A stretch of DNA of 64,000 nucleotides from Epiperipatus broadwayi (lineage: Eukaryota > Animalia > Onychophora), in assembly GCA_028023455.1 (NCBI GenBank), contig JAQFVV010000003.1, positions 20,584,001 through 20,648,000 of the forward strand, in the 5' to 3' direction. This document shows, in pieces, positions 39,654-54,049 of this stretch; positions within the stretch are counted from its first letter, which is position 1; every line of letters begins with the position of its first letter. The position numbers were made by a program, and so were the translations under genes. The notes below the pieces were generated by a model that did not search any database, had not been told where the DNA came from, and saw nothing but the letters and a program-made list of their open reading frames with translations.

Positions 39654-42600
39654 TGTCCTGAGCAGACCAGTCAGGGAGTTAAATAAAAAACAATATAATT
39701 CGAAATGTATATATAACAAGATTTATTACAAAGAAATCAAGTCATATATCACATGACTTAATTTAACAAGCTTGTATTACACCGGTCTGAAGTTGGGAAT
39801 ATTCTGAAAAGCTTATTAAGAGCTATTTACAAGCTCATTATATAACAAGATTTATTTATTAACAAATAATGTGGTAAAAACAACATAAAAAGATAATGGT
39901 CCATTAATATTCATATGCTATTTATTTTTCTCAGGTGAAAATAGTCTTCTTTCATACCAGGAGTAATCCAGTTATTAATTCAATTCTTTGTGCTTTCAAA
40001 CCAAATGTCTCTTGAAACACAAATAAGCAATATATTATTTCATATATAGAACCTATTAAAGCTCACAATATCAGTGCTTAAATCGGCACACACAATCTAT
40101 ACTTTATATATTAACCAACTTTGTTTCCAACTTGTCTCTTGTGGTTTGGTTAAGCCTGTTAATTACTCTTCGCTGGTAATAATCTTTTCAATATACAAAC
40201 AAGTAATTGCTTCTTGCTTGCAATTATTCAATTTTAAACATTAATCACTGCTACTAGTCTATCATTGTTCATTCATTACTGCTGATCTGTTATCACTTTA
40301 AATCAGCACTAACTTTAATTCAGTTTAACCATTTTAACTGCTTTCTCCCTCTTCTTTATTTACTGGGGGATTAATATATATATCCAATCTAATTTGTATG
40401 CAACTAGCTTTATTTGCATACAAATCCTATTCTAATTTAATCTATAATTTTGGGATGATCTCTCCAGCAAATTTCTAGAGTAAATTTCTCCAATAAAGGG
40501 AATATTATTAAAGTGAAGAAATCCATGCATTTTACAAAAATAAATAATCTTTTATACGCGCGGACATTTGACTCCTCTCCCTACTCTAAAACTACAGACT
40601 TAAATTTATTACTATAGGAAAATTTATGAATCAAAAAAATGCTTTATAATTATGGATTCATCCATATGTAGAGTTATGTTTTAAGTTTATTGAAGTTGTG
40701 ATTTGTTATATGACAAATCTACTCTATTATTTATAACTATATTAATACTATAATGAAACTGAAAATTAAAATTAAACTTAGTAAGGAAATCTTGGACATT
40801 TATGTATAATAATAGTTTTCCTGCATGTATATGGATTAAAAAAATAATCATTAACTTTTATGCTTATGTGGAGTTTTAGGAATAACTGTTCTTCTTTTGA
40901 AATAATTCCACCTACATTTTCCTTCTGTACAAATACTGTTTATTATCAGTTATTTTAACTTGATTTGAATCAGTAATTAAATCCTCCAATAAAAAAAATC
41001 TTTTTTCTCTAATTCATTCTCTAAGGATTTATTTAGATGAATATTTGGCAAGGTATCTTCATTACTACGGCGAAGGTGTTCAACATGTCTTTTCAACTCC
41101 CACCCATTCCGTAATTTTACTATTCTTAAAATCCTTCAATATTACTTTGATTATTTCACCAGATTTCCATTTATACTTAACTAAGTCATGTATCCATGTA
41201 TTTTCTCCTGACCCAATTTTGAACAATATTTTTACAAGATGATGGTACTACTTTGTTAACTGAGTCGGAGGTCTAGTTTTTTCCCACACCCAATTTGCTA
41301 TAGCAGCACTACCAGTATTTAATGTTCTGGAGTTTAGCAACTAATTATTCACATTTACGTGAATATCCTGGGGTCGAAAGCAATTTCTCCCTAACAATGG
41401 ACTGAAATTTTTATTTACTACATAAAGTGTCAACCATTTCACACTAGAAATTAATTTTACAGGCAGTGCCACTTTTCCTGGAATATCAATTTTATTGCTA
41501 TTTATATCTATAGCTATCATATCTGTATCTTGAAGTGTTATCTTCCTTTTACATTTTCTATTAATTTTAATCCAATTTCTGAATGATATCATTGATAGAC
41601 TAGTTCCGCTATCAACTTCCATTTTTACTATTTGACCGCAAATATCCGAGTCTAAAAATATGTGGTCCATTTTTCTGTCATTCAGTCTCTTTATACTAAC
41701 CTTCTCATCATTCAGATTTATAGTCTACTTTTACAAAATTAGTAGCTCTACTCTTCCTAAAATGACAGACCACTGCTAAATGACCCTTTTTTGTCACTTT
41801 CTACAATTTTTATTTTTATGTTTATACTTACTTTAAAGATATCCGGATTTACCACAAGTGCACTTTTGCTCTTTTCTATCATTACAAAGGTCTACAAGTT
41901 TCGTTACTTTTTGATTTGTTAATGAAGCTTTCCTCAACTGTTGTGGCTCTATAACCTCCAACAGATCAATTTGTAAAACTTCTTGAGGACTCATTTCTCC
42001 ACAGCTCTTTTATAACTAGGTCACTGAGCAATACATTTCAGAAATTATCATCCACTATTCTGTAAAAGAGTTGTTCCAATAATATGTCATTTATTTCCAG
42101 ATCAAAATCACAGTGTTTAGCGAGATTCATTAGAGTTAAATCACAGTCCACATATGTGTTTTTCATATGGTAGTTTTCAGTTTCTCAATCTCAGCCACAC
42201 TACCCATTTAGATACTCTCAGAGTGAAATATCCATTTAAAATTTCTACAACATTATATGGAAGTTCTTTCGAACATTTGAGATCGGTAAGTCTATTTGCA
42301 AACTGTATAATGTCTTGACCTGCAAGATAGAGAAGAGTCTACATTTTGAGACACTCATTTTCCATTTATTTACAAATATATAATATACCATATGTTCTAC
42401 ATAACTTTTCCATGAGTCACTGTTGGTTATATTGAATTCATGGATTGCAGAATTTAGTGCTGCCATATTTTATTATACGTAAGTAGAAGTTATCCAGTCA
42501 AATCTTGTCATTACTGCATCAACTGCTGTGTCCTAATGGTCTCTAAGCACCAGTCAGGGAGCTAAATAAAGTAACAATATACTTTGAAATGTATATATAA

Positions 42601-43345
42601 TAAGATTTATTTAATAACAAATAATATTGTGGTAAAAACAACATAAAAAGGTAATAATCCATTAATATTTATATACTGTTCATTTTCCTTGGGTGAAAAT
42701 AGTCTTCTTTCACACCAGGAATAATCCAGTTATTAATTATTTGTGTTTTCAAATCAAATGCCTCTTGAAACACAAATAAGCAATATATAATTAATTTTGC
42801 GGTTTGGTTAAGCTTCAGTTAATTACTCTTCACTGGTAATAACCTTTTTAATACACAAACAAGTAATTGCTTCTTGCTTGCAACTTTCAAAATTAAACTT
42901 TATTTACATTTTAGAGTAGATACAAGAGAAATCAATGACAGCATAAAATTAGGTCAATAATAAAGTCTCAATGAATACATACAAATATGGTATGCAAACC
43001 ATGTATATAGAGAAATCAAAAGTTGCATTTGATCAATAACATAGTCTCCGCAAGTATTCAATTTAAACATTAATTAGTGCTACTAGTCTACCATTGATTA
43101 TTCATTACTGCTGATCTGTTATCACTTCAAATCAACACCAACTTTAATCCAGTTTAACCATTTTAGCTGCTTCTTCTCTCTTCATTTACTGGGGGATTAA
43201 TATATATCCGATCTAATTTGTATGCAACTAACTTTATTTACATACAAATTCTATTCTAATTTAATCTGTATTTTGGGACAATCTCTCCAGCGAATTTCTA
43301 GAATAATGTTATTAAAGTGAAGAAATCCTGCATATTTACAAAAAT
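39654..43345 (-). mobile_element. Decayed Gypsy (Mag-like) element(s): int tail-LTR-PBS-gag-pro-int tail-LTR
   Basis: Gag start MAALNSAIHEFNITNSDSWKSYVE (42466); protease MEVDSGTSLSMIS…SPLLGRN (41670-41341); ~0.8-kb direct repeats 39654-40540 and 42528-43345 with integrase-tail-like GEKAVKMVK; no RT seen. Confidence 0.8.
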
Positions 43346-44219
43346 ATTTTATTTACATTTATAGTTTTAAACTGCAGACATTTCAGATAGCAAGATAGAT
43401 AAACCCCTTAATCTCAATATATTGTTAAAAATCCAAATATAGAAAAAGTATATTTTTCTTTAAAATCAACAAAGTATTGTTATATTACTTGATCATAGTA
43501 ATATAGATACTTTTAGCCAGTAAATGTGCATTGCAATATACATAATGCATTAAAATTTATGACCAGTTCTACTAGTAAGATTCTAAAATGAAATCGGGTT
43601 TAATGGATGAGAAATAGTAAACTATCATTGATAATGAACAAATAGTATCACTTAATTGCAGTAGCTCATATACAAGTAAAATGCTATTAATCCAGCAACT
43701 TCAATCATATTATAAAATTAAGAGGGAGGTTTTAAATTTTTACCATCATCAAACTTTCTTTTAGCAAAAACTATGTTTTACTTAGTATTTTTTAAATTTA
43801 ATTTTGAATATACACACGTTAAAAAAATTATTGATACATATAATACAAAAAAAAAAAGTTAATATATATACACATTTAAAAAATATTAAATAAAAAAAAC
43901 AAATTTAAGTAAATACTATATTTGTGAATTAACATGCTTAATGTGAGCTCGTTTTTATTTTTTCGAATAGGAACTTATTTTAAATTAAGTTTAAGTAAAT
44001 AAAATTTGCGGCAGTTTTTAAAAATATATTTAGAGGAATAAAAACGGGTGAGGAATTGAAAAATTTTTATTTTAATTACTATTTTTGAATAAATAAACAA
44101 TATTTTATTTATACATAATATAAATTAATATTTTTAAATTTCCCAAAATATGTAAGGCTTTAAATATGCTAGTAATTATAATGATGGAAGGGATATTGTT
44201 GAATTATTCTTAAACTTAC

Positions 44220-44252
44220 TCATCTTCAGCATTACGTATTGTTATATCCCAC
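44220..44252 (-). other. Candidate 33-nt exon near a CpG-rich promoter-like region
   Basis: aatcAG acceptor and ATGA|GTAAGT donor; a second minus donor GTAAGT lies at 44525. Confidence 0.35.
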
Positions 44253-45613
44253 CTGATTTTATTTTTATACGGTACTTATTATTTGAGAATTATTGTAAAC
44301 GTAATTTTTCTATAAATAACTTGAAGAAATTACCATTAACTTAAAAAAATAAACAATTAATTAAAGTTTATATTGCGGAAGGAAAAAGTTTTAAAAAGAT
44401 AATGTTTAATGTCATTAAAAAAAAACAAATGTTTATCAGAGCCATAAAAAATTACTTATGCATATGGCGTAGGTAAACTATAAATAAGGATATACTGTAA
44501 TTTGTTAAATTAATTTAATACTTACATATATAGTTTAAGATCACACACGTATAACGTGGCCAGCCAAAATGTCACATTGCTGAACAAACGCCTCACCCAC
44601 ATCACTCCTTTATTTTTGCCTCATATTGTTATTGGTCAGGCATGACCAGCATGATTTTTAAATTGATCATGCCATACAATCACATATCTCTTAACAATGT
44701 TTCAGAATCATGTTTGTTGTAATTTAGATTTAAATAACTATAATAACGTTTATTTTATATTGAACATTACTACAACTTGATATAAATATCGTTTTCTTAG
44801 ATTTAATATTTGCTTAATGCGAAAAATACAATTATCACCATAATTTCTTTTGGAAAATTAAAACTATCCAGTAAATTATTTTGAAATTAGCGCGATGTGA
44901 ATACTATATATAGAATAAAAAGTAAAGTTATTCTAAGTGAGAAAAAGCCTTAACATATATATTATTGAGAATTTCTTACTCTTTGACCGGCAGACTTTTT
45001 TATTTAATAAATCTGTATATAAAAGCCAATTACATAACACAGATACGTAATTTAAATATATATACTATACAACATATACGAGAACATATATATATATTAC
45101 TAGAAATATAAATGATAATAAAGTATTTTATACATTAAATTAACTTTGTACCTGATCTAGTCTCCATTAGAACGGATATGAAATTAAATTGACTTTTTAT
45201 TTTATTTATGAAAACAAATTTTAACTGGAATTTTACCACAACAGAATTGACTTTAACAACAATAATAAATTTTTTTATCACAAAGAGGTAATCAATCGCA
45301 TGGAACTATCATATATCAAGAGTTTATTAGTCAATTACCTAATATGATTATTATTAATCACTGCAAAATAGATAGCTATGTTTATAAACGATATAAAACT
45401 TTTTCCAGATTAATTATCAAAGTATTATGGTACTGTAATTATTACTTTACAAATAAAAACAGAGTTTTATTTCAGATTGGAATTCAGTATCTGATAACAA
45501 TCTACCTTTAGCAAGCAATGCTCAATGACCCTTGATAATATTTGGAATTTTTTTTTCACAATTTGTCTTAAAAATAATCATACGGTTTTAGCAAACAATT
45601 TATATATTGTTAA

Positions 45614-45722
45614 AACAGGCAAAACTCAATATATATATATTGCCACACACAGCAAGCTTTCTGGCGTCCATTGATTACTCTAGCTTGCTGTGTGTGGCAA
45701 TATATAGTGAGTTTTGCCTGTT
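45614..45722. mobile_element. Foldback/MITE family A, short hairpin derivative
   Basis: TTAA|aacaggcaaaactc…gagttttgcctgtt|TTAA; ~45-bp arms; the loop carries ctggcgtccattgattactct from the family arm. Confidence 0.85.
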
Positions 45723-48700
45723 TTAACAACAGTTATACACAAGCATAAGAGGAGGTGGTCATGTGATGTTTATTGGCTTAAATTTATATAGTGCTCACAC
45801 ATACACACACCCATATGCATTTCTATTATATGTCTCTGGGATAAAAGCAGAAGGGGTTAGTGATGGTGGCCTACAACATACACATTTTTAAACCAAATTT
45901 AAAACGTCTATTACAGTAACAACTGCAAATTTAAAGTCATAAGGAAATGCAAAATAAGAATAGGAGAAATGATATACCAGGTTTTCATTAAAATACAGTA
46001 TATAAAAAATCTTTTCAGTTCAGTTGATTAGAGCGTTGTCTTAAAATCTTTTTATATATTTTCACTTATTTTTTAATGGAGACTAGATTTTGTGCAGTAT
46101 TATAATAATTTTAAACTTGAAAAATACTTGATGGTGTATGCAATTAGTACTGAGAGTCTCTTGCAACACTGCTCACCAACTGCAATAAAGGAATTGAGTG
46201 CTCCCTAATTGTGATAGAGATTGTGTGTTTGTGTAAACACATTTCCAACCTTTAATTATATGCATAGCAATTACGATTAATCTTTTTTCTTTTGTGTCTT
46301 TTAATTTATTCTTGATTTTTTACTGCTGATTTAATAATGATATATTAAATAAATCTTCTTATGATATAGTGGTTAACACAACATCTTAGCATTCTTAATC
46401 TATGAAATTTGTCTCTGGATGAATTATAAACATTTTTCAGATGATTGAGAATTTCCCAAGTAAGCATAGATCCCCCCCCCCTACACCAGTCATTTGGTCA
46501 TAATCATCCCAGCTAGCCATATAATTATTGGGCAGTAAAGGAGGATCTAGATATTTTTAGATATGCAGTAATAAAATAAAAAAGGGGAAGGATACTCATC
46601 AATGAAAAAAGTGATAATCTTTATATTTTCCTAAACATATAGAATCAATTTTATTTTTAAAACTAGAATAATAATAATCTTATATAATAGTAAAAAATTA
46701 TAAGAACTTGTCACCTGGACAAAGATTTTAACTATTTTTTGGTTTTCATTCTTTCATTTAAATCAAAATGTTATTTACTTATATTCCATAAAATTATCAG
46801 TAAGTTTATTTAAATTATATTGTGTATAATATATATATATTCAATACAAATTTTAAGAAATGACTTTTTTTTTTTTTTACACAATTCACATTTTGCAATT
46901 ACTGTACTTCACTTTTCTGCACTAGCTTAACTTCAGAGATGTCATGGAAAATATTGTGATGGCTTTTCCTGATCTGACTTCATTGAATTATTGACAGAAT
47001 TTTAAAACATTACTAATGTATATGATATTTGCAGAATTTAGATACAAATCTTTCATACTAATGCTTGAATCTTCAGATAATACAAACTATGTGTTTTAAA
47101 CATATATACATATTTATAATACAATTCAATTTAAAAATTATATACATTAAGAATAAATTACTAAAAATAATTAATATACTTATGAAAAAAAGATTATAGT
47201 AATAAATTGATAGAGAACAACATGATTAAATGGAAAAGGTGGGATTCATGGAAAGATTATTGTATTCAGCTTGTGAATTATTGGAACAGATATTGAACCT
47301 TCTTAAAAGGAAACCTTCAAACTCAGACATATTATTAAATGTCGATAGTCTAAAATTGATAAGGAATCTTTTTCTATTTCAGAAGTAATATCATATCATG
47401 TATTTGAATATTCCTTTGTACTTCAGTCACATTCAAACAATCAACAAATTCCCTGAATTCAAAAGTACAGAAACAATTTCTTTTCTTTTCTATTTGATAT
47501 TACTACCTTCATATATCACAAATTAATTCCACAAAAATAAAGGCAGCTGAAAATACAAAGAAATACTTTTTTTTACTTTACTTTCATTTGAACTCCATGT
47601 TTTTTTTTTTTTTTTTACTAATAATAAAAAAACAACCCCTCAATAAGATTTTAAAATTAATTATATAGAAGAACTAAAAAAAAAAATATAAAAAAAGAAT
47701 ATATTAACATTGATCGGATATACTTTACCATATTAAATTCTAACTTTACCTCATTACTAATTTATATGCAATTCTTTATTATTTAGCAATGTTGGAAATA
47801 AAACTTATATGCACACAATTTGTTATAATTTCCATATATTTTAATTTCTTCATTCTGAAAAACTTTTATCCATCCAAATGTATAGGTTATAAATCTTGTC
47901 AATATTATCCCTCTACACACATATCTATGTTTAATGAACTGGAAAACAATTTCATCAGAAATGGCATAAATATATTAGATAAATAAACATATTTCTAGAT
48001 TTCATATTATTACAATTAAATTTACAAGTGCCACATTTCTTAAATGCATTCATGAGACAATATCATCTTAGATAAATAAATTAACAATTATTAGTAATCA
48101 TTTATTAAGCTATAGATTATTATATCATTTTTGGCTGAAATATAAACTTTAAACTTAACTAAAAAAATCATATCTACTATTAAATACAAGCATATATATT
48201 GTAAGATGTGCCTCTTACATCCCTCCAATATCAATTACACATCTTGTGATCTAATTTGAATCCAAGACCCATGATAGTAACGTTCTTTATTAATCACTAT
48301 ATTAATAAAAATAAAGCACTATAATTGATAAACAATTAATTGTGATACATTTTTAAACTCCCACTTACATGACAACCACCCTTTAATAATTATTATCTTG
48401 TTAAGTGTGATGTAACTCCAACCCACTACAACAATATGTAAAAAATATGATCAGATAAAGTGAATGCAAACAAGAAATGAAAATTTATATTAAAGAAATA
48501 ACAAATAAAAATTTTATTGTTATTAACACATTATATATAATAATAATCACTAATAATGTCTTCAACAATGTACCTAAAGGATAATCATAAACTTGCTATT
48601 TCTCATCGGCTGAATAACCTGTGAAAATTTAAGCAGAGAATTCGAATTTGCGATTTGAATAGAAATTCCAACCATCTTTGAGTTGAAATAATAATAAAAA

Positions 48701-51004
48701 CCAATATCTGAATATCCGAGAAAGCAAGGACAAGCACAACTAGCTAACTGAAGGATCAAAACTGAAATCTTCAAAATTAAATTAGGATTATTCGAATTTC
48801 CAAAGTATCTGTAATTCTAAATCATAGCTCTAAGTATCTAGACTTGAGGATATCTAATAGTACAAACAATATTGCTCTTAATTCACTCAAAATAATTTAA
48901 AAAAAAATATAAATACTGATACAAACAAACATGCCTTGCAAAGTGCAAAAGCGACATCAGGGAAAGAAAGTCATCGCTCACGAAGGTAGGATTATCAGAA
49001 GTGGGAGAAAATTGAAAAGCATTTAACATCTGTGCCATGAAATATCAAGTTTATTATTAAGAAATGGATATGACATCTTCACACTTCAAAGCAAAAGTTC
49101 CAAGGATATAAAGGATAAGTGACTTAATGGATGTTCTATAACAAGACATTTTTCCTTATGAACTTTAAAACTACATTTAGGTTGACATCATGAATCTTAT
49201 TTATTTGTATATTTTGTATAAATGTTTTTTGTTTATATCTTTACTTTAATATGGATACAAAGGGGATGTTAAGACGTAACATAATTGAGAAATATTATTG
49301 CCATTAGTGTAAGTAATATAAAAGATAGGTTACGATGAGTACTTGCTTGCATACAAATCCGATCATCATCAAAGGGGAAAAGTAAGATTTTACCTAATAT
49401 ATATTTAGTCCAACATATACTTTTTTCTTTGTTTGTTTATGCTAAAAGTTGTGTTAAATGTTTTCGTTAAATTTGCCTAACTACTTCTATCACAAATGGT
49501 CTTTCTTGTCTGTATCATAACTACAGTATATAACAGGAATCCCATATCACCACTATGACAGATAGGAATTTAATGTATCAAGTTAATTAAAATAAAAATG
49601 AATTATGATTTCCAAATAAGAATATATTAAGCAAAGATGATTGGGATAATCATAAACGTAATATAATTTTCATTTATGTTGGCATGGACATCAAATGGCT
49701 ATTCTTTATAGAGAATAAGGATTTGGAATAATAATTGGAATGAATTATAAGCAAAGAGTAACCATAGATGCTTAATTAAATGTTTTATAGTTTATTATAA
49801 ATTTTCTTTATTAAAGATGTTGCATATTGTAAATATAGTTGTTAAATATATAAGTATTTAAATTAAAGATTCTCAATGTAATTTTCTAAATTTATTTTTC
49901 AATTGGTCATATCCTCTCACATATTTATAAATATTTTTGCAAAATGTACATATATTTTTATATATTCACACCTACCATTAAACACCTACACACGTTTATG
50001 CCAAGTCATACTTTAAGTGATATTAATATATTCTGAACTAGACAATCATGCAGATTCTCCATGAGTTTAAAATTGGGAATAACAGAAATGAAAGAGGATA
50101 AGGACAAATTGAATTTAGGTATATATTTTAATATTTATTAGATCACTAACCTTTCCTCTCCTAAGAATGAAATTAAAGTGTATGCAGGTATTTAGGTGCA
50201 AGGATCAACGATACTCATTTATTCATTATGATGACCTAGTTAATCTATTTTCGTATCAGGTAAAAGCCCATTCCATTACATATGGCATGACTAATCATGA
50301 GGTATCAAAACACATACCAATATTATGATTCAAATTCCATTCCATTACAATATATTTTTGCTTCTTTTGTCAATTCATGCATTTCATAGATATTCTACAA
50401 AAATTCTAATTTCTAAACACTCTTAAAACACATGGGTAATAATATTTGGAAAAGATAAATGACTCGGAATTTAAAATTTATTTCTTAGTTAAAAGTAATA
50501 AAATCTCTAGATTAGTACAAGATTATTGGTGCAGATAAATAATGAACGATGAAAACATGGAAAAGTTTTGACCTGGATCAATTGAAGATGGTTGGTGCAG
50601 TAAGTGACTTTTATCCACATTTTAAAAATTTGCAGAAAGCTTTATAATATATCTAATTACACATTATACATATTCATATACACCAGATTACATATAAATG
50701 TCTATAAATATATATAATGATACTTATAATTTTAGTTAAATCATAACTTTAAGAAAGTCTTTATATTAATTTATATTTTGTTCCTACAAATGTATTAAAC
50801 AAGAAGGTTCTGCATTTGTATAACTGCAAAAATTAGAACCAGTCTTATCTTTAGATATATATTATATATTCTTTGGTCAATAAAAAAATAAATTTTAGTC
50901 TTCATATAAAATAGTAGACTTAAACAAAAGCAATTCTTCATCACCGAATCATCAAAGCAGAATTGTTACTTTTATAAAAATAACATACGAAAACTGGATG
51001 ACAC

Positions 51005-51116
51005 GTCAAGCATTGTTAGCCGGAAGATCATTGCAGCCACCTTGCAAGCAAGTAGTTGGTTGCAGATGGTTGTGGGTTCGCATCCCAGCCAATGCTATGA
51101 CATATGGAAAAAAAAC
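51005..51116 (+). mobile_element. tRNA-derived SINE, copy 2
   Basis: 15-bp TSD AAAACTGGATGACAC (50990-51004, 51117-51131); B-box-like GGGTTCGCATCCC; CTTGCAA anticodon-like loop; A tail. Confidence 0.88.
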
Positions 51117-52461
51117 AAAACTGGATGACACATTATTAAATTTAATACTCTTAAACTGTATATAAAGCCAATCAAAATAACTTAGTAGTCCTAAAATATT
51201 GACTAGACTTTAATATTTATTACTAATATTTTTGAAGCTGAACTGTTGGATAAAAAAAAAGAAAAATAATTTTGGGGATATTTATTTTTATGGTAATACG
51301 CAACCAGAAATTACATAATGGATAATAATAATCTACTAAATTTCAAATTCTTTTTAATAATGATCTGGTGAATCTAAAGGTAAAAAAAAAAAGGATATCC
51401 TGGCAAATGAAAAATTATATAAAATATTACTTGATATAAACTGGCTCTTTATTAAATTCTTATTTCCTGTCTGTACTCAATCTGAACAATATAAATATAT
51501 GTTAAATCTATTTCATTCTTATAGGGCTTTCAGTCTACATCAATATAATTAGACAACTTAGACTTTCAAGTGGCTTGAACTGAAAGGAAAATCATATGCT
51601 TTTCACTAATGATTAAAACACTTAAGCAGAAACTATAAAAATATAAAATTGTGCTTAAAGTTTTTTGCATATATGATTAATATTTTACACAAAAATCCAC
51701 CAGATTCAAATAAATAAATGTATAATATAGTGGTGGGAATCACAGCCAAGAATAAAAAGTTTCTGAATGGATTCTCAACTAAATAAATAAATATAAAAAA
51801 ATCTCAATCTGGTCAACTGAATGAAACTGATCTGCCTGATGTGCTTATATTTATTTGCTGTTTTGCATTACTAATATCAAATGATTCATTGGCTTTTTAT
51901 AAAACAAAATTAATTATCTTTAACCATGTATACACATACACTTACCTTATAATTGCTTAAGCAAAAACATTTCCAATAAATGATTAAATTTTCATTATCA
52001 AATTTATTTAAAAAGTACCATATATTTAGATAAAAACCCCAATAATATGAATTTTGAATAGACAAAGATTTTTCTAAACTGTAAAGGTCAAAAGGATGTA
52101 CAGAGAGTAATATTATTTAATTTCTATAAATGTTAAAAATAATTTTTAAATGTTGAAAATATAAAATCAACATTGACTTACTCTTTGAATATACAAAAAA
52201 ACAACATATGTATACAGTATATATATAGAAGAAAACAAATAATGGAATTAATGAAAAATGGCATTAGTTAAGATAATTTTATATGGAGTGGGTTACTTCT
52301 AACATTTAATCATCAGTTTCTAATATCAAATTAAAGGTTTTTAACACATCAAAAATTTTCAAAACTAATTATCAAATTATGAAAGCACAATTAAATTATA
52401 TTATTTGATGATGAAATAATATTTCTAATCGATCAATAGTTAAACGACTAAACTTCACATG

Positions 52462-52890
52462 ATCAGGCAAAACTATCCATACAGTAGTGCCACTCAGTGC
52501 AAGCCAGAATAATCAATGGATGCCAGAAGGCTTGTGCATAAAATATACCTATCTAGTGCCTACTCATCCAATATCCTCAGACTAGTTTCTAGCTTGTGGC
52601 ATTCGTCAACGAGGAGCCTTGGATCTGAGAGCACTGCACTAGTACTCATCCAATATTCCCAGATTAGTTTTTAGCTTATGGCTTTCGTCAGTGAGGTAGA
52701 TCTGAGAGTACTGCACCTAGTGCAGTACTCTCAGATCCATCTTACTGACAAAAGCCACAAGCTAGAAATTAGTCTGGGGATATTGAATGAATAGGCACTA
52801 GATAGGGATTTTATGCACAAGCCTTCTGGCATCCATTGATTACTCTGACTTGCACTGAGTGGCACTACTGTATGGAGAGTTTTACCTGTT
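52462..52890. mobile_element. Foldback/MITE family A, longest copy with internal tandem duplication
   Basis: Arms caggcaaaactatccatacagtagtgccactcagtgcaag… / …cttgcactgagtggcactactgtatggagagttttacctg; centre gagagtactgcacctagtgcagtactctc; ~85-bp subunit duplicated at ~52561/52644. Confidence 0.9.
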
Positions 52891-54049
52891 TCAATCAATA
52901 GTTAATGGAAATAACTGAAAAACAAATTGGAATTCGTGAAATGATAAATATAACTTTTGATTCAAATTTCTGTAATAATGAAGTAAACAAATGGAGACAA
53001 TAAAGTAATTAATATGTAAAGATAAATCAGTCAGCACAGTGAGTGTAATGGTTTTTACTTATGAATTTAAAATAAAACCATTATGATGGCTGATAATTCT
53101 TAAATAAGACACTTGTTAGGTTTTTTTTTAAATGTAGAATGAATGTGCTTTTGAATATTCATTTTCATTTATAATCATGACAATCAAATATAGATTATTA
53201 GCTATCTCATAGCTTCACTCACATTAGTAAAAAATTACTAAGTTTTTAAAAATGATCTAATATTGCAAAACAAAAATCGATAGCCTAGCAAATAAACTTT
53301 TCAAATTTATATATACAAGGCTAAGGATAAAGAAAAGGATAAATGATTACTTGTAACTTGTGTACAATAGAGCTTGTTTTAGAATTCTAATATTTATCCT
53401 GACTGTCGACTGCAAATCCTTTGATCCTAACAAATGCAGTTTTTCTAAATTATTTGTAAAAATAATAGTGATGTATGTAATAAATTAACACTTTTATTAA
53501 CTGCTTTATAAATGATTTTAAAAAAATAGTAAAATTCTTACCATTATTATATTTTAAATAATCCTTCAAATATATTGTTAGTCTTATATATATAAATTTG
53601 AAAGTTAGTTTGTTTGTTGTTTAAGTAATTCTACAAATATTGGCCAATCTTCTTAAGAGTACACACATTTTTTTTCTTTCAGTAAAATAATATATTGATA
53701 ATTTTCAAATTGGCTAGAAAATATTACTTCTAGTTGATGAAAAATTTTCTACAGGACATTATAAGTTCAAACTTTCAAATTCTGTATCTATGGTTTGCCC
53801 GCAATAGAAGTAAATTTCCAAATTTTTTCACACAAGTATCATAAAGCAAAAATACATAGCCAATATAATTCTCCAAAAAAAAAAAAAATCATGAAAGATT
53901 TATCAAGATTGGTGCAATATTTGTTTAATTATTAAATACAAACAAACTTTCAAATTTATATATAATAGAATAGATAGATGGTCTTTATATCCAGGAGGCT
54001 GCAAAGTCAACAACCAAAAAAAAAAAAAAAATTAGTGACTGAAATTAAA

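Noticed and set aside
47036-47082. Minus-strand CTGAAGA…GAAA-GAT-TTGT-ATC-TA hammerhead-like string
   Set aside because: Stem III forms but stems I and II do not pair; expected by chance in AT-rich DNA.
48961-49345. KVIAHEGYD resembles trypsin-like II.HE.Y motif
   Set aside because: No TAAHC, DIAL or GDSGG exons found nearby; too short to call a protease.
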